DNA of 63,687 bases, the filler included, from Phoronis australis (lineage: Eukaryota; Animalia; Phoronida): assembly GCA_002633005.1 (NCBI GenBank). It is 8 parts of 8 records of this genome, joined end to end, with 100 filler letters (N's around TTAATTAATTAA, not from the genome) between each part and the next. Parts side by side here need not be neighbours in the genome. Positions count along the whole stretch, not along the records: positions 26,852 to 42,985 come from NMRA01000001.1; positions 43,086 to 56,714 come from NMRA01001578.1; 6 more parts are not named here. One strand, written 5' to 3'. Every line of letters begins with the position of its first letter. Position 1 is the first letter of the stretch. Shown in pieces: positions 39,980-51,920 of this stretch. The notes under the pieces were generated by a model. That model was not told where the DNA came from, searched no databases, and worked only from the letters and a program-made list of their open reading frames with translations. Position numbers and translations under genes: made by a program.

Positions 39980-42130
39980 AGAGCAGATAAGTGAAAAGTC
40001 TAGTGGATGGTACAAAACCCAGACCTTGACAACCACAACAGACTGTATCAGCTATGCCCTTATGCTGGAGGCTGCTCTCTGACCTGTTAACACCACTTGA
40101 GGATTCCATTTTCTGCTTGCTGATGATACCTGAATCTCTGATAACATAACAAATTTGTCTTTGGAATCTCAGATTGTGAGAACTTCTCTTGCTTTTGACA
40201 CCTTGAAGTCTTCAACCAGAGACCTTGGCGGAAGGGATACTGTCGTCCTACTATAAACCAACTGACGTGAAACTCATTGGTGCGTCCAACCATTTCCTGA
40301 TAAGCTGGTTTGCCTCCTGTTCCATGTAGTCGACTGTTCATCTTTTACAGGCTCTCCCTGAACGGGGTCACTGTGTCCATTGCATTTGTGAAGTCGTTTA
40401 GGCTGCTTTCGTACACCTTGCCCAGATATTTCACTAACTTCTCACCCAGGCTTCAATCAAAACCAGACTTCTTGACTTCTGCACCTTGAACTTCATCCTG
40501 CCCCAAACAATTAGCTCTTCTAGTTTCTTCAACACCAGTCCTGCCCCTACCACTGTTGATGTGGTTGATGTTAAGTCATCAACAAATGCACGGTACAAGG
40601 GAAGGGGTCAGCCTCGCAGACTTTGCTGGCTCGCCGAATTATGAAGTTCATCGCAAGAACAAATAAAATGACTGAAATGGGGCACCTGGTCAAGATCCTT
40701 TCTCCAAAGGCTTGAAATCTGTTGCAAAATCCATCGTAGAAAGTTGCATCTGTGTACTGTTTTAATAGTCGTTGATGACCTTCTGAACTCATTCTAGAAA
40801 ATGAAATGTCGCTTTCGCCTTTCTACTGAGTGAATGTTACTTGGAACCATGAGCACTCTCTAAAACCTAAGCACACAGCTGTCTTAGTCCTACATGATTG
40901 CCTTTGTATTACCGATAAGCTCTGTTAGAACAGGCAAATCGACTGCCCTGGTACTGTATGTACTGCATGGTCAATTTATCCGTTACCCAGGGCGTACTTG
41001 ACATTTTTTGACGCAGTCACTGCGAAGAACATTTTGTACTCCACATCAAGCAGGGAAATTGTCCTCTACATGTACATGTAGTCTTTTATAGCATTGCATC
41101 TTTGCTCTTTGGAGTGTAACAACCCTTAGCCTCGACCCAGTGATCAACAAGTATCTTCAATTTTTCGACTCCTCTCAGTAGCTTACATAATAGTCTTAAT
41201 AGCCCCGGGCACTTCTTGTATATGATGTAACTAGACTCAGACGGAATCGGCTTTGGCCTCCATGACGACACTCTTTACCTTAAAGAACTTATGTCCAACG
41301 TCAAACTGAAGTTTAGGTGGAATTTCCTCATCCTTCCAATTGAACTCCTCTAGATTGTCAAGCCGGTTCCCGTCGCTATGAATCTCCACCAGACGATCTT
41401 CTAGTTGGACTTCACTGTATGATAACCGCCCACTTGTTTCTTGGTTCATCTTCAGTTCCGCTACTTGGAGAATCCTCGGGTTTGTAACTCATAGCAAAGA
41501 ATAATTTGTTTTCCCATGGAGAACTCGGTATTGGGTTGCTAACACTTCCAGCCCGCCAGTCTTTCCCTGACGTCATTCTCCCCTCCAAGTGTCACTCGTC
41601 TCCCGAGTTGTCCTCTGGCCTTTCCCAGACGTTATTGGACTTCTCCAATCGTTAAACTAACTTTAAACAGATGTAGTTTCTCTGCTCCCCCGTCAATCAT
41701 CAACAAGATGACGTCTTTGCAACATGTTTAACATGAACGCGCACCAAGGCTAGCCCCCACCCCTAAAGTTGACCAGGCTCCGGTTTAACGGGGAGTTTGC
41801 CACTATTTGGTCTTCTGCAACCACAACCATGATGATGCTGATTCCTTTTCGGCTACTACTGACTTCATCATAGGCTTCTTTGAATTAGTTGAAATTTTCA
41901 GCATCCTTGACATAATCCACCTTACTCTTCGGCCCCAACCAGTAAACAGAAGCAGCTCCATCCACTTCTTGAAAACTCATGGCTCAGATCACTGCTCTTG
42001 AAAGCTTTCCTCTCCTGGACTTTCCGTATCTTTATTTCCCAGTACAGTGTTAATCCCACAAATACTACCACCATATCTTTCTCCTTCCCGTTTGTCGCCT
42101 TAGTAGATGGTAGAAAACTCACACCTTGTC
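39980..42130 (-). mobile_element. HERO/NeSL-type (RLE) non-LTR retrotransposon relics
   Basis: Minus-strand motifs YKKCPGLLRLL, RTISLLDVEYKMFFAV, AFVDDLT and WGRMKFK (RT). DMVV...LTLYWE...ERK...GW and SASSWLW (RLE/C-terminus) at 41800-42130. Confidence 0.75.
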
Positions 42131-42249
42131 AAACATAAGAGACTGTACCAATTATGTCTTTATTCTGGACTCGGCTATCTGCTTTGTTAACTACCTGGGG
42201 ATTCCACTTCTGCCTGCCCATACCTGGATCTCTTGATCAATCTATCTCT

Positions 42250-42985
42250 AGAGTCTCACAATTTACAGTTCGGCTTTCAACATCCCATTTCGTACAAACT
42301 TGGTGCAGTTCGTCTCTTGTATCACCGTGCGGACCTGACTGTCTCTGACGACAATGACAGGATATCAGAAAAACACAGACTTCGTAACTCTTTGGAAATG
42401 TGCGGATACCCACGTTTGGTCTTTGGCAAGGCTACTCGTAGAACACCGAGATTGGGAATTAACAACATTGACGTTCCTCAACCAGATCAACCATGGGCAA
42501 GGATATATTTTTCATATGTGGAATAGACTTTCTGAACAATTGCCATCGCTTTTCAGGAATTTGTTATTGCCACCTCTTTCAAACCTGTTGGCACTTCGAG
42601 ACTAAAACTCGTGCACTCTAAGGACAAACAACCTAAGGAAAGGATAGCTAATGTGGTCTATGGAATACAGTGTGGAGAGTGCCCTGAAACTTGTGTAGGT
42701 GAAACTAAGCAGTCCTTGAATGCACGGTTGTGCCAGCTTCGTCTCCTAACTACGGTGACACGTGACTCTGCTGTGTTTATTCATTGTTAGGGATCTGGTT
42801 ACAGCTTTGACCTCGACAATGTACTAATCAGCGACAAGTGGAGCTATTGGTTTGAATGAGGAGTCAATGAGGGTATTCATGAAAGAATTGAAGTCCGAAC
42901 AGGAGGCTGGAGATTCAGTCTGTCACACACCCGTGACAGGATTCAGGCTCAAGTTTCCAGCCGACTTCCCCAACTCCGACCTAAT
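42250..42985 (+). mobile_element. Penelope-like element 3' part (RT thumb + GIY-YIG), degenerate
   Basis: LQFGFQHPISYKLGAVRLLYHRA, GYP and NVVYGIQCGECPETCVGETKQSLNARL. Confidence 0.85.
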
Positions 42986-44396
42986 NNNNNNNNNNNNNNN
43001 NNNNNNNNNNNNNNNNNNNNNNNNNNNNNTTAATTAATTAANNNNNNNNNNNNNNNNNNNNNNNNNNNNNNNNNNNNNNNNNNNNTAGGTAGCAGGATAG
43101 GTGAAGACAAGGAATGAGTTTGACCGGCAGATATGATTTTCATTGGCGGCTCAAGTGGACCAAGCCAAACCCTTGTAGGGTCGAAAACCTACTCCGGCCG
43201 TCACCCCACCTCGGACGACATTCCACCCCGATAGCCGACAGTTCTGCGCTTCCCAGAGCCCCCACTCGAGTTCGTTGCAAAAATTCCCTTGTGGCCGCAG
43301 CTCATGTTCCGACTCCGTACCCGTCGCCAGCAATGTCGCGTTTGGTCCGCCTAATACATACTTATGGCTTAGCTACATTCATGTCCTCGAATTGATATTC
43401 AGTGAACGCAGCTCATTCGCATGGTTTCAAATAAAACTGCGTCTGCACTTGTTTACTCAGAAAAGGACAAAATTAAAACTATCCTCTTAGAAAATTTATC
43501 TCGATGCGTTTCTTGTCAAAACGCCATTCCTGTTATTGCGAAGTACATGCAGGGATTCCACGAATCGAGAAGCTTAGGGTTGTGCAGGACCCTATCGGCA
43601 AGTCTTTGTATTTAGCAAAACGTAAAAACTACAGCTTTTAACTCAGTAAAAGTTATATGGTCTGAAAGCCGAAAACCTTTAGAATTTCATTTTGACATAC
43701 TAATTAGTAAAATTTAGCAAAAGTTACAGAGATAACAAAGCCACGGTACCAACAACATACCAAAATTTTGATGAATCAAAATGATCCAGGTGAAGTCTCA
43801 AAGAAGCTGTTACAGTTTTCTAAAATATCATTTCTCTTTCGATTTTTGCAACGTTTGAGCTTTTTTCAATAAAATCGCAAAACTTCTATATTTGATCGCC
43901 CTTAATTCATGAGTGGAACTAGTGGTAAAGCAGGACTGTGCCATACTTGATAGTGCAATGCGTTATCGCGACTACCATGCATCGTGGATTGGTATAATTT
44001 CATTCCGCCCAGTCTAATTTTGCTCTTGGGAAGAAGGATAAGTTGCACGAGTGAGACTTGCAAACAATGTTGAAAGCATAATATTTTCTACGTAAGCTAA
44101 CACATTACCAGGATCCTGGTAATGTTTTCCTGCTTTTGGTCATACATGCCCGCATATGAAACTGCTGTAAGGATAGTAAACACCGCATCACGGGTTTTGA
44201 ATCAAGTTGTTACTTTCGGCATAGAAGACAATCCATAGGCTATATCTCATGTTGTAAACCAATACTCAATATTCGAGTTATCCTAGCACTAAATTCATCG
44301 GATGTTCACTGTTCTCGATTAAAACTGAAACGAGTTCGACATTTACATTATCAGTAAGCATATACACTTATCATTATACACACCTACTACACTCAC

Positions 44397-44613
44397 CAGA
44401 TCGGTTATGATTGTATGGTCGTCTGTTAGGGTTCTCCTCTGAAAATTTAACTACGTCCCTTTCCAGCGGCCGTTTCTCTTTAACACTCGCCCAATAACCT
44501 GATTCTGTCATCATGAAAAGAAAGGATATGAAGAGGCCAGTTGTGGCGATCAGTGTAATAAAAGTTATCAGAAATACATCATAAACTCGCATCATTTGAA
44601 AGCGTTTGCACAT
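44397..44613 (-). CDS. Candidate first exon of a type II membrane protein (signal-anchor)
   Basis: ATG, hydrophobic stretch VFLITFITLIATTGLFISFLFMM, polar stem, strong G|GTGAGT donor. No downstream exon identified. Confidence 0.4.
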
Positions 44614-44772
44614 AGTTCACCGACGGAGTAAGTTCAAGTTTATTGCCGACACAACATTAATCAAATTTTATTCCGATAAATAACGTAAGGAGCATTGCAT
44701 CATGATAAGCGTCTGCTCTATGGCCATAAATCTTTGTACAGCTCGCGGCCAGTAGGTCACTAATGGTGTCGN

Positions 44773-44947
44773 TGGGTATCGAGGGAAGTCCTTTATTTGA
44801 GCAGTTAATGGTAACTCTGTCGCTCATCAGCAAACAAGGCGAAATATTTTCCTCTGACTTCAGTGTCGCCGCCGATTTAGCTGTACTCCGAGTCATCGAC
44901 AACGCAATAAATACAAAAACCACTTTGACTTGTATTGAAACACTCAT
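44773..44947 (-). CDS. N-terminus of an LRR/Toll-like receptor (signal peptide + LRRNT cap), cut at an assembly n
   Basis: MSVSIQVKVVFVFIALS signal-like segment followed by SPC...INCSNKGLPSIP, an LRRNT consensus; ends at n44772. Confidence 0.6.
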
Positions 44948-47379
44948 ATTGCTTCATCGAGTATTGTAACAGTTGTGAAACAATGATGACTGCTGTTGCT
45001 AATGACAGTAAGAATCACGTGTTAAACTAGTTTCGACTGTGGGGATCTGCAGTTTCGGACTATAATTGCGGGGTCAAAGTGAAATACGCTCCGTTGGCTC
45101 TTCATTACGAAACTGTCTGGTTCCGGTTTGTATCGGCCAACGACTGCCGCACACTTCATCTGTATTTTATATTTAGAAAAAATGACTCCTCGTAAATCAA
45201 GTCATTTTCGAAATCTAAACTAGTTATTGGCGCACTGTTATTTCTTTGCGCTGGTGTGGCGGACGCTTTCTTTCCACAAGGCCCGTTCGCAGCGTTACAT
45301 GAAGAGTCTACTACTTTGTTACTTCGTTTTACAAGGATGCATTTCTGCCACCGACAACCACTCTCGTTGATTAGTCAGCTTCAGTTTCAAGTGGTGAGTC
45401 TTAACTATCCTTTTGGTGGATGGAGGAACCTGATAAAACGTGGGCTACCTCTTACGGAGTGCGTGGTGACAAAACAACGAGAGAGAAAGAGAAACAAACT
45501 TTACCTTTAAATCATATAGAAACATACATTGTTATATAACTGAGTGGCCAGCAAAGGCACAGGCCGCTAATAACTGACCACCGAGTATCAAAAATTATAT
45601 AGACAATAACAGTTAAGAAGAACAATATAAATAACAACAGAAAAAGTATATATACAGAGAGACAAAATACATTGCAAGATTGTTTAAATTAAACGTATTT
45701 TACAAAATTTTGTAGACAAAGACTATGAATACACGGTTAAAAAAGCAGAGCACAAGATGCAAGAGGGGTGATCACCGTTACTTCAATTAGAGCATGCATA
45801 AAAATGTAAAACGTTGCACCAACCCAGCCAACCAGCGATCGAGAACGCCCGGAAGACGATCGAGAGCGAAAATTGGCGCGAGAAGCAAAGCCAGGCAAGG
45901 TGAGTAAATTTGATGAATTTTTGTTGTTTTTACTTCCAATGTGAAAACGGAAGCATGAGTTGAAGGCGCAACACATTGAAGAAGGGCAGGTAGAGGATTA
46001 GGCTGGTGTCTCTTCCAATTATTGGAGAAAAGTTACATTAAGCGAGGCATCGCATGAGCAGAAGGTGATTTGTATGTCATTTTGGCAAATTGCGGTTATT
46101 TTTGGCATTAAATCAAAAAAATTACCTTGAAGTTATGAAGAAATGACATGTGAAAATATAATGCAACGCATGTTTTTGGAGTTTTGTCAGGATCTCTGAA
46201 GTTTCGACACTTTTCTGTTGAAAGATGCGATCGAGAAAGCAAAGATAAGCGATCAGAAACGCAAATTTGTGTTTGTTTATGCGATCGGGAACGCATCGTG
46301 GTGTGTCGAACAATAATGAACTTTTNCGCATGAGCCGAAGGTGATTTGTATGTCATTTTGGCAAATTGCGGTTATTTTTGGCACTAAATCAAAAAAATTA
46401 CCTTGAAGTTATGAAGAAATGACATGTGAAAATATAATGCAACGCATGTTTTTGGAGTTTTGTCAGGATCTCTGAAGTTTCGACACTTTTCTGTTGAAAG
46501 ATGCGATCGAGAACGCAAAGATAAGCGATCAGAAACGCAAATTTGTGTTTGTTTATGCGATCGGGAACGCATCGTGGTGTGTCGAACAATATTGAACTTT
46601 TTACGTATAAAACGTAGAAAAGGTTACAAAATAAGTGTGGTGCAATGAATTAATCACCTTCTGCGTCACTTTTGTGTTACTTTCGTATCAAAACTAAACA
46701 ATAGCATAGCATATTACCAGTAAATCGCCATGAGCACTTCCAAAGATTTTATAGGAACATAGTATGTTTGGCACTACACGTACATCAAGCATGCTATTTT
46801 AGTTATAAATGTTTTCACAAATGAATATATTTTCATTTCAGGAAACAAGTTCACTATTATTGTGAGGTGAGCTTCAACGAACATGTTACCAACGACGTGG
46901 AGGTACACCCCAACATGGTTTTGAAATACAGACTTCTAATTTTAGACGAAACCACTAGAAACAAGGGGTTCTAAACTGAAGACTCACCCAGGAGTTGTTC
47001 CAGGTGACGTGCCAGTCAGGTGTAAACAAATTGTTGCAGCAGATGAAAGCGGGTGTCGAGTCTTTTTACAAAATTGTGACAGCAAAAGGAAATAAATACA
47101 AATAGCCAGTGAAGTCAAAGAATTATTATGAGCTTGCCTATGGGGAGAGAGACTGGTGGAGTACCGTGGCAACACCATTCACGAGATGATTAAAAAATTC
47201 CCACTCATGACCGTCTAGGATTTAAAAATTGCCAGAAGTTGTGTAAACTGATGTGACTGTCACATGCCAAGTGTATCCTTTAATGTTGACTGAATGTCGC
47301 TCTCAGAAATAAAAGAGAAAATAAAAGAACTTGGTCTAAAAACTAAGTTAAGAAGTGATATTGCAGTTGGACGTTTCTC

Positions 47380-49310
47380 TAGTCGTAAACTTAGTAAGAT
47401 TATATGATATGCAGATGATACAGTTATACCTTTAGATGGCTCGGAGCAGTCTCTGCGGAAAACACTTCACATTTTAAACCAATTTGCAAAATATTCTGGT
47501 CTAAAGCTTAATCTGGAAAAAACAATTTGTACTTGAATAGGTTCTATGATGGGTATCTATCAAAAATGTGTTGGGACATAAAAATGAAATGCCAACATCA
47601 TAATTCGCTTTACTTGATAATCCATTCTCTAGTGATTCAAATAAAATCCCCGACATAATTTTAACAGCAAGCTTGGTGAAATAAAGAAGGCTATAGACAT
47701 GCGGAAAAAAGAAACGTGACACTTTTTGGAAGAATAACAGTTTTGAAATCGATGATAATGCCAAAACTCGTCCTATCACAGGNCATTAGCATAAGAATAA
47801 CTGAACATTTGCAACTAAATAAGAATAACAATAAGCGTAAAGTTACGAACGTCCCGTCAAATTCTATGAAGGGTATCTATCAAAAATGTGTTGGGACATA
47901 AAACTGAAATGCCAACATCATAATTCGCTTTACTTGATAATCCATTCTCTAGTGATTCAAATAAAATCCCCGACATTAATTTTAGCAGCAAGCTTTGTGA
48001 AATAAAGAAGGCTATAGACATGTGGGGAAAAAGAAACGTGACACTTTTTGGAAGAATAACAGTTTTGAAATCGATGATAATGCCAAAACTCGTCCTATCA
48101 CAGGACTTCCTGAAGTAACTGAACAAAATGTTCTATTGTTTTGTATGGAACGGTAAAACGGAATAAACTTGTCGTAAGATTATGGCTCAAGAGTATAATG
48201 TTGGTCTCTTCTTTTCTGAAAGCCATTAAATTAACGTGGTTTCGTAGACTACTAAGTTTGTCAAAGTACTACAAGTCCATGGGCAGTTTTAGCAAATGGT
48301 TTGTTATCAAGAGTTTCAAAGTGGCTTACTGTTCGGGGATTTCTATTTTCATTGAAAGAGGCCTTTCAATGTGTACATGAATTCAGATTGTTCGTTAACG
48401 AAAACGTTAGTATTCATCAGCCTCTTTGGTTTAATTCCAATAATGTTATAGTATATTATACTAATAGACAAAAAGCCTGTTTTCTATAAACAAATACAAT
48501 CTCCCTTTATGTGTACACATGGCCACCGGCCCAAACAACGGTTTCAAAAAGGCATAACTCATGTACACGACTTATGGTTGTTTTCTTAATTATGAGGAGT
48601 TTATACAGAAATATGATTTTACCCCTCAAACGACTATTTTATGGTCTACGAAGATCATTATATGCTAGCTAGAGACATCTCAGAGAGTGAAACTATCAGG
48701 TAATTTTATCCCGTCGTCTACGATACATCGAGGTTATTTTGGGAGATGTCAAAAGAGTAAATAAAATTTCCCACGTTATTGTCTCTTAAATTTGCAAAAA
48801 AACAGTGTCAACTGAAGTGGAGAGAAAAATTAAATCTCCCGAATACAACAGTGTGGTTTATTCCTATATCTATTTATTCGCTCAAGATGTGTCTCTGAGA
48901 TGGTTCTAGTTTAGGCTGGTTCACAGAAGTATAGACTGTCATTGTGCACTTTTTTGCTTAGATGAAAGTGAATCTAATTTCCCTGTGTTCTCAGGGTCTT
49001 GCAGCGTTACTCAACATTTTCTGACTAGTGTAAATGACTGGCTCGAAGATGCTGTTGGACATAGTTTAGAGCTGTTCTTACAATCAATTCCGTTTGGTGT
49101 TCAGGTGGAAGCGGTTTTACAACGTATGGTTCTTTGCCTCGGCATGTACCACATTTATAAACGAAAGTGAAAGTGCGAAAATTCTTGCCTTGCACTGCTT
49201 AAAAAGGAAGTTGCAGTGTAAATTTCCACTGAACGGTATATATACATAAAAATGAAATATGGTGAATTTATAGAGCGCTGGAAATGTCTTAACCTTTGTT
49301 TATTATGAAT
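47380..49310 (+). mobile_element. Highly degraded L1/Tx1-clade LINE 3' half
   Basis: YADDT...LDGS, SGLKLN, TLFGRITVLKS, PLWFN and LRWF*FRLVHR fragments, collinear with the 21836-25196 LINE. Confidence 0.75.
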
Positions 49311-49869
49311 GAATCATTCCCTGTACTTGTTTTTATGTTAAATTACTTTTGTACATATCAGCAGTGTAAGTTGACCTTAATTGATTCTTGACTAAACACA
49401 AAAATATTATTGTTTTGTGTAATTGCGCGATCTGTACCGTACCTATTATATTGAAAAAAGATAAAAAAAATATACCATAGAATGCAAATTCCATGAATTT
49501 GGGGTGATATAATGTCAGGCCATTGTTACAAGTAATTATTGTCACTACAAGTAATACAATTTATGACAAACATCAAAAGAAGAAAACAGCTTTTGCGTAC
49601 CGGTATAATCACTGATCAAACTGGTCGTTTGCTTTTTGTGCAAAATGGTGAAACAACGTCTTCACTGGACTTGTCTGAGAGTTGAAATAAAAAGGTAACG
49701 TTTCGTCGGCCACCAGGTGGCACCTGTTGTCTTAAGACAAACAGCAGGGAACTTTGAACTATACCCGGTCCCACGTATTTTCAATTTTAAGAGAAGGCGA
49801 GGCAAGACGACACCCGAGAACAAATGTGTACACCTTCTCCAATACAGATACCGCATTTGTGGCATGAAA

Positions 49870-50215
49870 TTTGGAAATGTGACGGGTGATCAGACTCTGC
49901 TTAGCGGCGTCTTCTCTTGATAGTGTAGCTGCAGTTGATGCTGGTATCTCAGCCATATCCACCCTATCTCGGTCGTCTTTGCCCTCAATCCTTGTTTCAG
50001 TGCCATGAACCAATGAGCGTGCTAAAAATGCTCTGCTGCCGACCTCAATTGGAAAGTCCCGACATTTCCAATGTTTTGACACACACTATCACCTCTGAGT
50101 TCGTAATACTTCAATATTTCTTGCGTTGGTGCGCCTCTTCCGCTTCTCGTCTCCTGCGGCCTGGTTGCACCTTGTCTGTACTGTGTCTTGGAAACCACAC
50201 GCTTGTCTAACGTGT
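49870..50215 (-). mobile_element. HERO/NeSL RLE-domain fragment
   Basis: EEAHQRK..KY.EL and WKCRDFPIEVGSRAF motifs. Confidence 0.65.
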
Positions 50216-50413
50216 CCCTGGTCTTGATTGCCGCTGTCTTACTTTTCACTACATGTAGGTAGAATTTTTTGAAATGAAGGACCATAAATTATTTTTAGAG
50301 AAATTAGGACTAGCGCATATTGAAACGTCATGTTTCAACTCTGCGAAATGTAATTGGTAAGAACATTTGCTATTTTCTAAACGTGTCAAGGGAATTTGAT
50401 TTGGTTAGTACTA

Positions 50414-51351
50414 ACACATTGAACAAAAAATGTTTGACTGTTCTAAAACCCCCACCACCCCCTCAACCCACAACCCCCTCGACCCAAAACCCCCTCGACC
50501 ACATGACCTGTGGCAATAGATGCATTTTTGCACTTTTTACACATTTCATAATCATGTTGCGTCGTCGACTGACTTTCCCATAAGACTTACCAACATGCGA
50601 ATCTGCTCTGGCTCAAGTCTGGTGGTTAAAGTGGCATNACACATTGAACAAAAAATGTTTGATTGTTCTAAAACCCCCACCACCCCCTCGACCCACAACC
50701 TCCACGACCTGTGGCAATAGATGCATTTTTGCGCTTTTTACACATTTCATAATCATTTTGCGTCGTCGACTGACTTTCCCATAAGACTTACCAACATGCG
50801 AATCTGCTCTGGCTCAAGTCTGGTGGTTAAAACAGAAAGCGGCGTAAGAACATGACCTGAAATAGCGAATTGTGAACGTGCTATCGTTGTCACGGAAATA
50901 GTTCCACGAGCGGTCTACCAATGTTCCCGTTTCTACTAAATTTAGGGAGAGAGTACGTTAACGTGAATGGACATAATTTCACATTTTTATTATTTGCTTT
51001 GCTTTTTGATGTATACTCGTTTGCAATTATATACTCCATGCAACGTTGAGGTATTCTTACAGTTAACAGTTTGTTTTTTTCAAACTGTAGTTACTGAGGA
51101 AATTACATATTCGTCGGTTCCTCGCACTCTCCCCAAAAAACCTTGAATCTGCCATTCACTGTTGATCAGGTTGAGCTCAGTGTGTAGACTGGTTCGAGGG
51201 GGTTGTGAGCCGTGGGTCGAGGGGTTCGTGGGTCGAGGGGGGTCGTAGGGTCGTGGGTCGTGGGGGTTGTGGGGTGTTGGGGTCGAGGGAGGTTTAAAAT
51301 GATGCAGAAATTTCCTACCATTCTTTTGGTTTACATTCATTTCACTTAGTG
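50414..51351. mobile_element. Non-autonomous TIR element with inverted subterminal CACGACCC/GGGTCGTG repeats (possibly CACTA/CMC-like)
   Basis: C-rich repeats at 50447-50510 mirror G-rich repeats at 51195-51295; the right end is ...TTAGTG. Boundaries are uncertain. Confidence 0.4.
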
Positions 51352-51749
51352 GTGAAAAGTCTTCTGTTGGATCTTCATCTCAGTTATAATTCACTTCATT
51401 ATTTCTGCACGTGCTCGCACTCTTGATGTTAATTGGACTGTGATATGTATGACCTAATTCTACACTTTCCGTGTACGAACTTTCATTACTTTTGGTTTAC
51501 CAGCCACTGACAAAGCAAAACAATCCAGAAATTGGAGTCAAAGCTCATCTACTGTTTGATTTCGATCAAAGGCTGGCCCAGAACTAATCACTAACAGAGC
51601 ATGCTGTGTGTTCAGTCGTGCGAGCGACTCATGAGCGTCGTTGAACTCCTTGGTTTCCTTGCTTTCTCTGACGTTCGATGTTCTTTCAATTTCGCCTGGT
51701 GTCGCTCTCCAGAGAGATTTCCTTCTATGTGTCTAGGCAAGCCACAGAA

Positions 51750-51920
51750 GGTGACGATAGTAGTGGCAAATGATGGTGGTTGTGGTGATCATGAATTTGG
51801 TTATGATGACGGTGGTTGTATTAGTAGTGGTGATGGCGGTGGTGATGGTGGTGGTAGGGCTGATTTCGGTAATGGTGGTTGTGTATGTGATGGTGGTGGT
51901 GATGACGATGCGATGGTGAA
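51750..51920. repeat. Degenerate (GGT/GAT)n trinucleotide repeat
   Basis: Read directly; explains the Gly/Asp-rich pseudo-ORF 51601-51930. Confidence 0.85.

Noticed and set aside
45790-46870. Small + strand exon candidates (donors near 45900 and 46867)
   Set aside because: Splice-like signals are present but give no coherent reading frame or homology.
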